From positions 1-53,279 of the IMG/VR virus record IMGVR_UViG_3300012953_000042: 53,279 bases of DNA, one strand, 5' to 3'. The notes below the pieces were generated by a model. It did no database searches and was not told the origin of the DNA. It was given only the letters and a program-made list of their open reading frames with translations. The DNA is from a virus (lineage: Duplodnaviria; Caudoviricetes). Position 1 is the first letter of the stretch. Each line of letters opens with the position of its first letter. A program made the position numbers and the translations under genes. Shown here one piece after another: positions 20,501 to 30,154 of the stretch.

Positions 20501-21521
20501 CATTAGTAATACTTGCAGCAATACCAGAACTAACATCAAAGGTAAAGACTGGGTTAGTATCACCATCAGTAACAGAAGTTATTTCTTTCTTATGTTCTGT
20601 CTGTAATAAAGATGGATCAAAAACTCCACCATGAGTCATTAATAAATTATCTCTTAGAATACATAAATCACCAAACTCTTTATTTGTATATCCAGTAGGA
20701 ACAGAAGTAGAACCATTACCAACAGATTGAGATGCCCTTGCTTGTGCTGGATCTGGTGGGTTTGTTTTTCCATAATCACTTTGCTGATCAGAACCACCAC
20801 TTCCAAACGTTACTGGATTCTCATAGGCAATTGACTGAGTTCTTCTAACTACACAAAAATTATCTCCGACTCCATCATTTCTTGTTTCCCAATAATATCC
20901 ATCGAACTTATCAAAAATACCGTACTTACGAACAGCAGGGTTAGCAACAACATGATTGTTTACATTTGCTGGTGTATCTTTGTTTACCCAGTTCTGAGAA
21001 CCATTTGTTGTACCATTTGCAGTAGATCCAGGATCTCCAATTATAGTTGTCTTAACACCAAACGTAGCAGCAGAAACACGACCAGGCTGATACCTAAAGA
21101 ATCTTTTTGATGTTAGTAGAGCACTCTTATTAGCAGGTGCTTCTAAAAGAGCACCAGATTCAGAAGGTACATGAGATAATCCCCATGCTTGTCCTTGATT
21201 ACCTTGTATACCAATATAAGGACCAGTACTAAGATAAGTAGAATATTGTTCAGGACTTGATGACCATTCTGTTGGGTTTACATCATATGTATTAACGTCT
21301 GCAAATATACCAAGAGCAACTTCAGATCTAGGAATACCTAGCAATGACAGTGCAACTTCAGAAGCAACTTTATTCTGTTCGGCAACAGGAATAGTTGACT
21401 GGTCGTTTGCAATAACGACTGGTATAGATTTTTCGGACTTCTGTTGACCAGGAGGTACAGGAGCCGTCCTTCCTACGACGACTACGGCCGCATTATTATT
21501 AACATTTGTGTTATCAGGCAT
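17556..21521 (-). CDS. Large virion structural protein
   Basis: RFFRYQPGR, MYKIEFSWYGAVG and KYGASYYIDGGD blocks shared with its neighbour; ITNAVYD..TG...VTT...HGF repeats. Confidence 0.75.
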   Translation of the reverse strand: MPDNTNVNNNAAVVVVGRTAPVPPGQQKSEKSIPVVIANDQSTIPVAEQNKVASEVALSLLGIPRSEVALGIFADVNTYDVNPTEWSSSPEQYSTYLSTGPYIGIQGNQGQAWGLSHVPSESGALLEAPANKSALLTSKRFFRYQPGRVSAATFGVKTTIIGDPGSTANGTTNGSQNWVNKDTPANVNNHVVANPAVRKYGIFDKFDGYYWETRNDGVGDNFCVVRRTQSIAYENPVTFGSGGSDQQSDYGKTNPPDPAQARASQSVGNGSTSVPTGYTNKEFGDLCILRDNLLMTHGGVFDPSLLQTEHKKEITSVTDGDTNPVFTFDVSSGIAASITNAVYDINTGIMVVTTNGAHGFNDGQYITLAGIAMTCRYSYSGNDGTGTLNYSLIKKYPNNKKEYNIIEIPDATSFKVNVGVSTVQTYYYSGKTDSAGSSPHASHVPNGWAVGLSTGQHVSYSKGPNVGIITGLGPASDRDGQIFKVRHIGINTTTGITTATFNTFDATATTVSGDYLDVTTGCPAGETGLLKVGHSNGSEDTVGITSHFMITPVPFIQPISPASINASRKRYGNASLKTGAATTATAGTGMFPYMYKDNENNEEGYIDSTLNTSDGSSLTTLKGQIDAVNSYYDNWINQNVAKDYWNVYEYRIPRSRFSGDRLDGTTDKLLYSDVTPNARAGQSVLNADTGAPSDDTSIWNLEFDKVTMYKIEFSWYGAVGALFLAYVPISSGEARWVRVHHLRASNQLKVASLGNATLPITYMCYGGGTQDRFGYTNDKRLPTDDVSSASEHIVKYGASYYIDGGDRGTVKLFSYSTPTNIDIYGSKRTFIVGSGNTNVTLGVNATNATAPFLTAGSQSGLSSTYYIGSKVQTGDPLDQNIEVTYVDTSNRRLYLNAPLNSGSGGTVNIISNRPTPLIGLKCRDEIVSSTGQGVRNRTQVYPTRMSTGSTGLVKLDMIKSPKFQTTSLISGTQGGPTLGAEVNIGKRGKPTKVSVPLTSYQGTHIWTGGTAVGVFRDASNTGNTYSVTNATYDSTNGQLVMTATAVGTDSIPDSATTSSRLEIKLNGLTFSCSLDNHATNHTYPRATDPIFDNTDAAVSGTSADGFSKHLTVTRSGSSFTVNVTGNSSGTPSAAEYIRDTLPPSNGTYGWFRGYFASDNSKKPISVLGYLENRGSDRTKNIETDGYYFSTLEPTVDDIILTTDLPFLREENSSPTGNGLSSETTEFTLAQLSSVKVNPQIRSPIPGTGTIVASVYAPATGEEFDLSSYFDYNKEYLSFPLTDSVESLYLCGSTQTLFDSPELYTSSNVSASISASLTWEEQ

Positions 21522-24500
21522 TTAAATGACTCCGACTCTTCCTTTAGCGATGGTGAATGTTCTCCTTATAGATATATATCCACTCAAGATACCATCAGTT
21601 ACGTTGGCACCTTGGAATGTAGCAGTGGTTGGGAATAATGTTGTTGGTTCTAGTCTCAAACTACTAATACCAGCTGTAATTTTCTTCTCTGCAACATTAA
21701 ATTTGTAAGAAGATAAATCTGGGTTTACATCATGATTTGTTAATTGAACTACGTCTCCTGTAGAAATTCCAGCATACTGATTAGAATCTGAGAAATGTAC
21801 ATAATAACATGTGTTTGCAACTGATGCATTACCAGCACCAGGTGATCCATCTACAGATGTGAACCACTTACCAGTTCCAATTCCAACATAAGTTGTATAT
21901 CCTACTGGTTTTTCCATAAATTCAGTACCAACAACTTCATAACCAAGTGCAGTTGTTATTCCAGTTAAACCTGCACCAGTTTCTGTTGATGCATTGGCAA
22001 TAGTTAACTTATCTTTAATCTGTGATGCAGTAAGAGTAAGTTTAATATATCCGTGTTCCCTATCAATATCATTAGGTGTTACATTATCTGGTTTGATCTG
22101 GAAGTTAACGAACTTATTGCCAAGTGTTGGTTGTGCATCAGTACTGTACATACCAACAAGTGTTCCAATACCAGCAACGATTTCAACCTTAGTACTTGCA
22201 ACGTTCTTAGCAAGACCATCCTCAACAAATAACATCATTGGACCCTCAAAGTCACTCTGTGGACTTGTGATTGGGATGTTAACGTTAACAGAATTCCAAT
22301 CACTATCGTAGATATCTGGTGATGGTATGTACTCATCAGATGGTCCAAGAATAATGTTATTAGTTGTGGTAATCTTACCAGTTGCGTATGCATCTAAACC
22401 ACTACCACAATTTCTAATAATGTTACCACCAGTAGATACAATAGAAGTTACCGATACATCAACAGGGCCAGGGAAGTTCTCAAAGAGACAATCATTAATT
22501 CTCAAACTTGTGGATCCTGCAGCAACTACTGGTCTGAATGGATAGATATCAGTCAAACCACCATCAACAAATGCAGAGTCCTCTATAGATACTCTCTGCG
22601 AATCTGGTATATACATTCCATCACCAGGAGAGTTACGAACTTCAATACCCTTAAAGAGAGATGATCTTAAATTACCCAAGTAAAGAAGGTAGTTATCTGT
22701 AGTTGCTTCAAATAGAATATTATTTTGTGCGTTTCCATCAAATGTTATATCTCTGAACGTAACATCCGTTGGAGTATCTGTTGCCTGTGGGCCCATAGTG
22801 GTTCCAATTCCAACAAAGTTTCCATCTAATGAAAGTGAATTACCAGCACCATCTGTAGCATCCTGTGCAAAATACTGTTGTTTAATAATAGTATTCTTTC
22901 CTGCACCCTGAAGAGTGAACCCACTAGGAACAATTAATTTATTTGTTAGGTATGTTCCACTAGGAATTTCAAGGTAATTACCACCAGTAGTTACAGCTCT
23001 GTCAATTGCTGTTGCAAGTGCTGCGGTACTATCATGAGCAATTTTAACAAAATTATTAGTACCAAATCCTATATTAGCATTGGTTCCATAAGCACCAGAT
23101 AAAGTTATATTATCAGTTCCAACTTCCACAACACTATCAATTGCCCAACCTCTTCTAAATCCAGTGGTTCCAATATTAGGGAAGTGAATCTGATCATCAT
23201 CAAATTCATTAACAGTTCCTTTACCACCCCAATGTGTCTGAGGATACGTACCATAATCTTTCCACTGTGATCCAGAAGCATTAGACCCTAATTCTTTTGG
23301 TCCAAGAATAGCAATTAGTTTTGCTTGTGTAAAGTCTGTTGCAATACCAGGAGATGGTTGAGTATCAGACTCTTGTTCTTGGCGGTAAACGAGAGCACCC
23401 ATCGAAGTTGAACTTCTATTAATTGTTAACTGAATATGATCAGCAAGATTGAAATTAGTAATAGTAGTATGTGCCATTCCTGCAGCATTAACTGCTACTG
23501 CTGCACCAATATTTCCTGTTGCTGTCTCATACTGTGCAACCCAATAGTTATATTTCTTGGGCCCCATATCGCTTTCGGATGCAGGTATTCTAATAATACT
23601 TGCAGTTGGAGTTGCAGGAGGAGTATCACCATGTCCACCAACACCAAATACTTTAGCGTACTGACCAACGTGCCATCTTGCAGTAGAGATACCACTGATC
23701 TGTAACTTACTACTCACAGTAGTACCAATACCAACATATACTGTTGGGTCATTACTTACTCCAAAACTTCTTAGTCCATAAGTTTGTAGTTCATTAGGAT
23801 CGATAAGTTCATATCCTGTTCCGTCATCCATAACTTTTAAAATACGGTTCCTAGCAAAAGTAGATTCCTCATTTACACCAATAGGTAAATCAGTTAGCTT
23901 AAAGTTCTCGTATGTTGTTGCTCTAATAGTACCATTAACATCAAGTTCATAAGCAGGATCTGCCTTTTTAATGCCAACAAATCCATCAGCAGTTGGTGCA
24001 ACATACAATGATGGTTCAGCATCTGGACCTACCTGAAGTGAAGGATTCTGAGTTGGGTTACCTTGAAGTAGTAACTTAATTGCTTGAATACCATCCTTAG
24101 CAGTAGATGTAATCTTATTAGTGAAGTTAACTGGACCTCTAAACTCAGAAGGTAAGTTTCTATTAGGGCCACCACCAACACGAAGTGTATTTCTTATATA
24201 AACGTCATCAAATACTACAGTGCCATCACTAGAGTCTCCACCAAGGAACAACTCTCTTGGTTCAACTCTTTCACCACTAAAGAACTCACCACGATCATTC
24301 ATACCAGAGTAGAATACAACTCCACCCTTCTCTTCTGTCGATATTGCAAGAATCTCTTCAGATGAAGTAAGACTTCTTCTTTGAAGTTGTGGTAGTGCAG
24401 TAGAGTAGTTGCCTGGCCCATAACCAACGTACTCAAATGTATGACCAGAGGCACGAATACTTGAGAACCTGCGAACCTCTGATGGGATTATATCGATCTT

Positions 24501-27500
24501 TCTAACAAAAGCACCTTTAACATGTGCTGATTGTTTGGTTCCCATCTGTCCGACTCTACTTCCAGATCCAGGAAGAACTTCTAACTGAGTAGCAGATGTT
24601 ACTCTCTTAACTCTTAGTACTTCATTGTTAATCTGAAGGAAATCTCCTGTAGAGAATCCAACTGTACTATTAACTGTAATTGGGTTAGTAACATCAGTAA
24701 TAGCAGATGTCAATTCTGTCTTGATTGAACCATTGAAACTTAATAGTCTACCAGAAATTTTTTCAGATGTTAGTGAAGAATCTTCACCTAATGCAGTCAA
24801 TCCATATCTATATGCTTCTGCAGTACTAATTCCTGTAGCAGGTATATTGATAGGAGCATCAATTCGGAAAACAGTTGTAGATCCAATAGATGCAACAACA
24901 TGATCTTGATTATATGATGGAGCATCTTGCACATTAACAATCTTTATTCTATTACCAACAGATAAACCATGAGATGTACTTGTCGTAATGGTTGCAATAC
25001 CAGAAAGAGTAGTACTTCCAATTCCATCAATAGTAGTAATAGTAAGTGCCTTATCTACCACATAGAACATACCTTTTGATCCTGTGTAGATACCAGGATT
25101 GTTACTTCCAGCTCCGTATGATGCATCGAATGCTACTGAATTAGCAGTAGGAACAGCAGATACTTTATATAAACCATTGTACTTACTGTTAGTTCTATTC
25201 TTATCTGTTCCAACCCCAACTACTTGTATTACTTTACCAACACTATTATCAATTGCTGCTACACTAACAACACCACTGGTTCCACCAGATACTCTCATAG
25301 TATTACCAACACCGTATGCAGCACCACCATCCTTGATTAAAGCAGTCTGAATAACACCAGCAGCATTAATAGTAAGGTCTGCAGTAGCACCCTCACCAGT
25401 CATTCCACCAGCCTCATTGATCAACTCAACACTATAAAGAGTTGTTCCACCAGAACCAGTTGGATATCCAGTTCCTGCTACTGTAAGAGTAAGTGCAGTA
25501 ATAGAATTTAAATTATGATTTAACTGACTATAAACTGTAGAAACTCCAGCAGTTCCAGTTGAGTATGCTCCAGTAACTGCGTAACCAACAGCATTATCTT
25601 TTAGATACTCAATGATTCCTTCCTTAGTAATGCTATTCTGAGTATCATTAACTATAACCTTACCAATACTCTGGTTATCAGCAACTGATATACCCTGAAC
25701 AGGATCAACATCTAGGTTGTCGATATCTACTGTTGGATATAAGTTAAGTATATTCTGTTTGAAGTTACGATCTACAAATTGAGATGCAGTAGGAGAAATA
25801 TTACCAATTACACATGTAAGATAGAATACACCATCCTGTTGTCCTGAAATATACTCCTGAACTGTGTCTACATTTTGAATAGTATAAGAAGTATCATATT
25901 CATTTCTTGAAAAAGTTGGTAACTCATCACTGGTTCTTACACCCATGTTGTTTGTAAAAGTACCAGGATTCTTAGTTAAATTATATGTAAATGTCTTGGT
26001 TGATGGAGTAGATACAACATAATAGTAACCATTAAACCCAAGGTTTTTAGTTCCATCAGTGTTTAAAGTACTCTTAACATTATCAAATTTAACTCTATCA
26101 CCAACACTCAACTTGTGTACATCTTCAGTAGTAACAGTTGCAACTAAATTAGAAGTTGTAATTCCAGAAACAATTCTTGAGTTTCTATTAGACTTAACAC
26201 TTGAAATTGTTATCTCTTCACCAACAGTTATACCAGTAGTTGATGACTCCTGAAGAACATAATTCTTCTCAGGTGATTTTGCATTAGCAAATTCTTTTGG
26301 AATAACATAACGAAGTCTGTATATTCTATCATTTAAATCACGATTCTCAGATTTTCTTTGGAAATAACTTGCAGAATTATTTGCTGCAATCTCAGTTGAA
26401 TAACCTACAAAAGCATCGTGAATCTTATTAATTTGTGTAGTTCCTGCACCAATAATATACCAATTAGTCTTAGTAGCATCCCACTGAACTGGATGTCCTA
26501 TATCACCTGGAACTTTATCGGTAACATAACTTACAACAGTAAGAGTACCACCATTGGTATTCTTAATGTCTATCCAATCAGTGCTATTACCATTAACAAT
26601 ATCCAAAGCAACATTAAGAGACTTAGCTAACTTAATTACTTTTGGTTGACCACTGATAGTAATAATATAATATATCTTTTCACTTTGTATTCCATCTGGT
26701 AAACGACCATTATCACTATAAACTCTTACTGATTCTCCAGCAACAAAGTTATGATCATCAAATAAAGTTATAGAATCATTAGCATCAGCAGTACCATCTG
26801 ATGAATCTACTGTATTAACAACAAATCTTTTCTGTGCAATTGTCTCAGCATTAGTTCCACCTGCTTGCATATTTACAGGAGTGGAGTATGTATAGTTAAT
26901 ACCTGATAGATTAACATTTAAATATAATTTCTCATCGATCTTTGATCCAACCCTGTAACCATTACTGACGTTTGATGGTGGGTTTTCTAAATCTTTTTCT
27001 CCTAATAGATAAAGATTTGATATTGTAGGACTAGTAATTGTTAAAGTAGGATCAATAGTTCTCCATGAAACATTAAAAGTATCTTCTCTAAGATCTTTTG
27101 GTGGAACAATATGAGTCACATATCCAGTATTATCTCTATTAAATGAATCTTTTCTAAATCCTTTAGATATTAAAGACTTAGCACCAAAGTTAGAGTTTGA
27201 GTTAGTAATAGATTGATCTGATCCACTTTCTGATAAGAAATGATTGGAGAAACCAATAGCAAATACAGACACTGCCTGTATAAATGCATCATTTGATGCT
27301 TTAATATGATATGTTCCGTATGTTGGATTATAAACAGCTTCCTGATTAATATAAAGAGGTAGTGTTGGTTGATTATAAAGAGTTGTAGGAGCAGAATTCT
27401 TATCGTTGTAAGTACCTGTAGCAGGGTTATATATCAAGAATGCATTATCATCTTTTTGTAATCCAATACCAGTAAACTGAGCAACAACCATAGATTTAAA

Positions 27501-28667
27501 TCCAGTTGCTTTTGTTCCATCAGCATGGAGACCACACATACCATAAACTGATCTCAATGATATGTTAAAAATATATGGTGAAGAACCAGTTACATTATCT
27601 GATTCAATAATAACTCGTCCTTGAGATGGTGTTATACTTGCATCAATAGGAGCAGATGATAATAGATATGTAAATTTCCTATCACTACTAATACCTGTTA
27701 CAACTCTACTTCCATTGTATAGTTCAGAAGAAATACCACTAATACGAACAGAGTCATCTACATTTAAGTTATGATTTGTTGGAGTATCAACACTTGCTAT
27801 TACCCCACTTGCAGTAATCTTATCAATAGTTAAAGCATCAGATGATAAGTCACCAACAATCTTAAATTCTGGACTGTTAGGTTCAAAGTCTGTTGCACCT
27901 GGATAATCTGTTATCTCTCTGTTACCTGTATCATCACCATAAGCATTCATCACCTTGTGATAATACATTGCAAGGTCAGTTATACCAGTTAGATCCTTTG
28001 TATTGATACCATCTGCATACTCAAAACAAGTTAATTTATGATGTGACTTCTTAAATGTACCTTTCTGTGAAAAATCTTTACTATAATAAACTGATTTGTC
28101 TGAATCAAAAATAGAGAATTGCCAGAAGTAACAACCACCAGTTACACGGAAGAGAGCACCTCTTTCCATTGTAATATCTGCTGCATCAGGAACATACAGT
28201 GGTTTAACTTTTGTCTTTCTTAAATCTAAACCAACTATTGATGTACCTTTAGGAATGACTGCACCACCATCAACAGAATTAAATTTATAGAGTAAGTTTG
28301 CTGCGTTATTTAAATCGAAGTTAGAATTATTTGTTAGTTCTAGAACATCTGCAATTTCCTGCTTATTTACATCATAATATTTTACACTACCAGCATTGTT
28401 TTCGATATAATATCCTGGCCTATTGTCAATATAATGGGTTCCTGGATACAATAAGATTGTAGTCTTATCATATCTATCGTTTTTTGGTCCAGTTTGATAG
28501 GAAAATCTTGCTGCTTCCAACAATGCTCTTTGAATACTAACAAAAGGTCTTGTTAGTGAGTTTCCTTTATTATCAAAACTATCAGTTGCATCTAGATCTG
28601 ATGGGTTCACATATAAAATATTACCATCAGTATTAACTAGAAAATTTTCTAACCTAGAAAGAGGCAT
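21522..28667 (-). CDS. Very large fibre/tailspike-like virion protein with a C-terminal pectate-lyase-like beta-helix
   Basis: Cyanophage-type N-terminus MPLSRLENFL...LYVNPSDLDATDS...RPF..IQRALLEAARFSY; DSTAALATAID...LEIPSGTYL...FTLQGAG helix cap. Confidence 0.8.
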   Translation of the reverse strand: MPLSRLENFLVNTDGNILYVNPSDLDATDSFDNKGNSLTRPFVSIQRALLEAARFSYQTGPKNDRYDKTTILLYPGTHYIDNRPGYYIENNAGSVKYYDVNKQEIADVLELTNNSNFDLNNAANLLYKFNSVDGGAVIPKGTSIVGLDLRKTKVKPLYVPDAADITMERGALFRVTGGCYFWQFSIFDSDKSVYYSKDFSQKGTFKKSHHKLTCFEYADGINTKDLTGITDLAMYYHKVMNAYGDDTGNREITDYPGATDFEPNSPEFKIVGDLSSDALTIDKITASGVIASVDTPTNHNLNVDDSVRISGISSELYNGSRVVTGISSDRKFTYLLSSAPIDASITPSQGRVIIESDNVTGSSPYIFNISLRSVYGMCGLHADGTKATGFKSMVVAQFTGIGLQKDDNAFLIYNPATGTYNDKNSAPTTLYNQPTLPLYINQEAVYNPTYGTYHIKASNDAFIQAVSVFAIGFSNHFLSESGSDQSITNSNSNFGAKSLISKGFRKDSFNRDNTGYVTHIVPPKDLREDTFNVSWRTIDPTLTITSPTISNLYLLGEKDLENPPSNVSNGYRVGSKIDEKLYLNVNLSGINYTYSTPVNMQAGGTNAETIAQKRFVVNTVDSSDGTADANDSITLFDDHNFVAGESVRVYSDNGRLPDGIQSEKIYYIITISGQPKVIKLAKSLNVALDIVNGNSTDWIDIKNTNGGTLTVVSYVTDKVPGDIGHPVQWDATKTNWYIIGAGTTQINKIHDAFVGYSTEIAANNSASYFQRKSENRDLNDRIYRLRYVIPKEFANAKSPEKNYVLQESSTTGITVGEEITISSVKSNRNSRIVSGITTSNLVATVTTEDVHKLSVGDRVKFDNVKSTLNTDGTKNLGFNGYYYVVSTPSTKTFTYNLTKNPGTFTNNMGVRTSDELPTFSRNEYDTSYTIQNVDTVQEYISGQQDGVFYLTCVIGNISPTASQFVDRNFKQNILNLYPTVDIDNLDVDPVQGISVADNQSIGKVIVNDTQNSITKEGIIEYLKDNAVGYAVTGAYSTGTAGVSTVYSQLNHNLNSITALTLTVAGTGYPTGSGGTTLYSVELINEAGGMTGEGATADLTINAAGVIQTALIKDGGAAYGVGNTMRVSGGTSGVVSVAAIDNSVGKVIQVVGVGTDKNRTNSKYNGLYKVSAVPTANSVAFDASYGAGSNNPGIYTGSKGMFYVVDKALTITTIDGIGSTTLSGIATITTSTSHGLSVGNRIKIVNVQDAPSYNQDHVVASIGSTTVFRIDAPINIPATGISTAEAYRYGLTALGEDSSLTSEKISGRLLSFNGSIKTELTSAITDVTNPITVNSTVGFSTGDFLQINNEVLRVKRVTSATQLEVLPGSGSRVGQMGTKQSAHVKGAFVRKIDIIPSEVRRFSSIRASGHTFEYVGYGPGNYSTALPQLQRRSLTSSEEILAISTEEKGGVVFYSGMNDRGEFFSGERVEPRELFLGGDSSDGTVVFDDVYIRNTLRVGGGPNRNLPSEFRGPVNFTNKITSTAKDGIQAIKLLLQGNPTQNPSLQVGPDAEPSLYVAPTADGFVGIKKADPAYELDVNGTIRATTYENFKLTDLPIGVNEESTFARNRILKVMDDGTGYELIDPNELQTYGLRSFGVSNDPTVYVGIGTTVSSKLQISGISTARWHVGQYAKVFGVGGHGDTPPATPTASIIRIPASESDMGPKKYNYWVAQYETATGNIGAAVAVNAAGMAHTTITNFNLADHIQLTINRSSTSMGALVYRQEQESDTQPSPGIATDFTQAKLIAILGPKELGSNASGSQWKDYGTYPQTHWGGKGTVNEFDDDQIHFPNIGTTGFRRGWAIDSVVEVGTDNITLSGAYGTNANIGFGTNNFVKIAHDSTAALATAIDRAVTTGGNYLEIPSGTYLTNKLIVPSGFTLQGAGKNTIIKQQYFAQDATDGAGNSLSLDGNFVGIGTTMGPQATDTPTDVTFRDITFDGNAQNNILFEATTDNYLLYLGNLRSSLFKGIEVRNSPGDGMYIPDSQRVSIEDSAFVDGGLTDIYPFRPVVAAGSTSLRINDCLFENFPGPVDVSVTSIVSTGGNIIRNCGSGLDAYATGKITTTNNIILGPSDEYIPSPDIYDSDWNSVNVNIPITSPQSDFEGPMMLFVEDGLAKNVASTKVEIVAGIGTLVGMYSTDAQPTLGNKFVNFQIKPDNVTPNDIDREHGYIKLTLTASQIKDKLTIANASTETGAGLTGITTALGYEVVGTEFMEKPVGYTTYVGIGTGKWFTSVDGSPGAGNASVANTCYYVHFSDSNQYAGISTGDVVQLTNHDVNPDLSSYKFNVAEKKITAGISSLRLEPTTLFPTTATFQGANVTDGILSGYISIRRTFTIAKGRVGVI

Positions 28668-28697
28668 CGTATCTCAATACTAATTTTTCTACTGATT

Positions 28698-28704
28698 TAT
28701 TTAT
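28698..28704 (-). promoter_or_regulatory. Late promoter ATAAATA
   Basis: 30 nt upstream of the 2381-aa gene. Confidence 0.65.
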
Positions 28705-28708
28705 CATC

Positions 28709-28999
28709 TTAGTCAACTGGTAACTTCTCTGGGTTTTCCAGTTCCAAATCAAAAACTAAAGGATGACACTCCTCTTCCATTAAATACGCATGATGATTAT
28801 ATAAATCCTCGGTACTGTATTTAGTCTCGTTATCTGCTATCATCTTTACTGAAGGTAAATATGCATTATTTTCTAGAACATCTTCCAACTCATCAAAAGT
28901 AAATGGAATACCATTTATATAATACATAAAAACTATTCTTTCATTCTTACCTTCCCAATCTCTATACCAACAATATGTAGAATCAATTCGGTAAGGCAT
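28709..28999 (-). CDS. Hypothetical protein (acidic, cyanophage-type)
   Basis: 96-aa ORF with an AGGAG RBS. Confidence 0.7.
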   Translation of the reverse strand: MPYRIDSTYCWYRDWEGKNERIVFMYYINGIPFTFDELEDVLENNAYLPSVKMIADNETKYSTEDLYNHHAYLMEEECHPLVFDLELENPEKLPVD

Positions 29000-29030
29000 A
29001 TCACACTCCTACATATGAAAAATAGTTAGA

Positions 29031-29100
29031 AAGGGTATTTCACCAAAAAATACCCAGAATTTTTTTTGCGTCTTTTTTGAAACTAAAAGTCAATTTTCCT
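29031..29100. repeat. Dispersed 70-bp A/T-tract plus hairpin element, copy 2
   Basis: Aligns without gaps to 7341-7410; GGGTATTT-caccaaa-AAATACCC hairpin. Confidence 0.85.
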
Positions 29101-29302
29101 CAGTATATTCTTCTATAAATTTCTTTAGGTCATCATGATTAAATTTAATCTCACCAGTCACTTCCATTATTTTAACTTGTGCTACTGACTCCACACATGT
29201 CCAGTAAGTCTCACCACTCACTCCATATTGATCACAGAAATATTCTGCTATGTCCTCCTGCAACTGCTGAAGTTCTCTAAGTGAAGTCCTTTGAATTTCC
29301 AT
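29090..29302 (-). CDS. Hypothetical protein
   Basis: 70-aa ORF with an AGGA RBS and its own sigma70-type promoter. Confidence 0.7.
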   Translation of the reverse strand: MEIQRTSLRELQQLQEDIAEYFCDQYGVSGETYWTCVESVAQVKIMEVTGEIKFNHDDLKKFIEEYTEEN

Positions 29303-29323
29303 AAGATTATCCTACACTAAGTT

Positions 29324-29352
29324 ATTCTACCACTTATAAGATGGTATGTCAA
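29324..29352 (-). promoter_or_regulatory. Sigma70-type early promoter
   Basis: TTGACA-17 nt-TAGAAT with an extended -10 TG. Confidence 0.8.
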
Positions 29353-30152
29353 TTGGCAAAGAAGGATTCATTATCTGGATCCTCAACAAAATCAATTGCA
29401 CTATTCAATTCTATGTTCCTTTGTTCTGATGCATATTTACCATAAACATATCCATACCTCTGAAAGAACTGTTCTCTAGTTTCTTTCTTTAATAAATTAA
29501 CTGTTGCCCACATATAGTTATCTCGTGCAGTCTTTAGAGATGCTATTTCATTTATCAGAGATGTTCTTTTTGCCGAGAAAAGAGTACCATTATCTGGGCC
29601 ACTTGTATATTCACAGGAATCACCATCAGTATATGATCCGTTACCATCTGCAGTTGAAGTAGATTGTTGAGCAACAAAAGCACCTACATCTTCTGCAAGA
29701 GTAGTAGACCCTACTCCCAAATTAGCAGTGGTTATAGTAGTACTAGCTCCAGTGCCAGATGTTATATCCGTTCTACCCGTAGGCATTCCACCAGAATCAG
29801 ATGGGCCCCAAGGATCGGTTCCAACATATGATGGATCTTCTGCATTGTATATGACTCCTCGGACTCTATTATGATTAATGGTAACTCCAACTGGATCACC
29901 ATTACCATCGTTCTGACCACATCCAGTAGATGAAATAAGAGCAGTTAATGTTTCTAATTCTCCTACCTTTGTATTAATCTCTTGTGTCAATTCACAAACC
30001 TTCCGATCATACTTTGCTGATGGTGGAACTAAATTATCAATATGATCTTGAACTGGTTGTTGTAATATAGGAATCTGTTCAATTGCATTCTCATTAGAAG
30101 CAATCTCTTCTTTAAATTTAATAACAATATCAGTACCGTATCCTACTGCCAT
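29349..30152 (-). CDS. Hypothetical virion/baseplate-associated protein
   Basis: 267 aa, coiled-coil ends with a G/T-rich middle, directly downstream of the gp5 cluster. Confidence 0.6.
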   Translation of the reverse strand: MAVGYGTDIVIKFKEEIASNENAIEQIPILQQPVQDHIDNLVPPSAKYDRKVCELTQEINTKVGELETLTALISSTGCGQNDGNGDPVGVTINHNRVRGVIYNAEDPSYVGTDPWGPSDSGGMPTGRTDITSGTGASTTITTANLGVGSTTLAEDVGAFVAQQSTSTADGNGSYTDGDSCEYTSGPDNGTLFSAKRTSLINEIASLKTARDNYMWATVNLLKKETREQFFQRYGYVYGKYASEQRNIELNSAIDFVEDPDNESFFAN

Positions 30153-30154
30153 GT

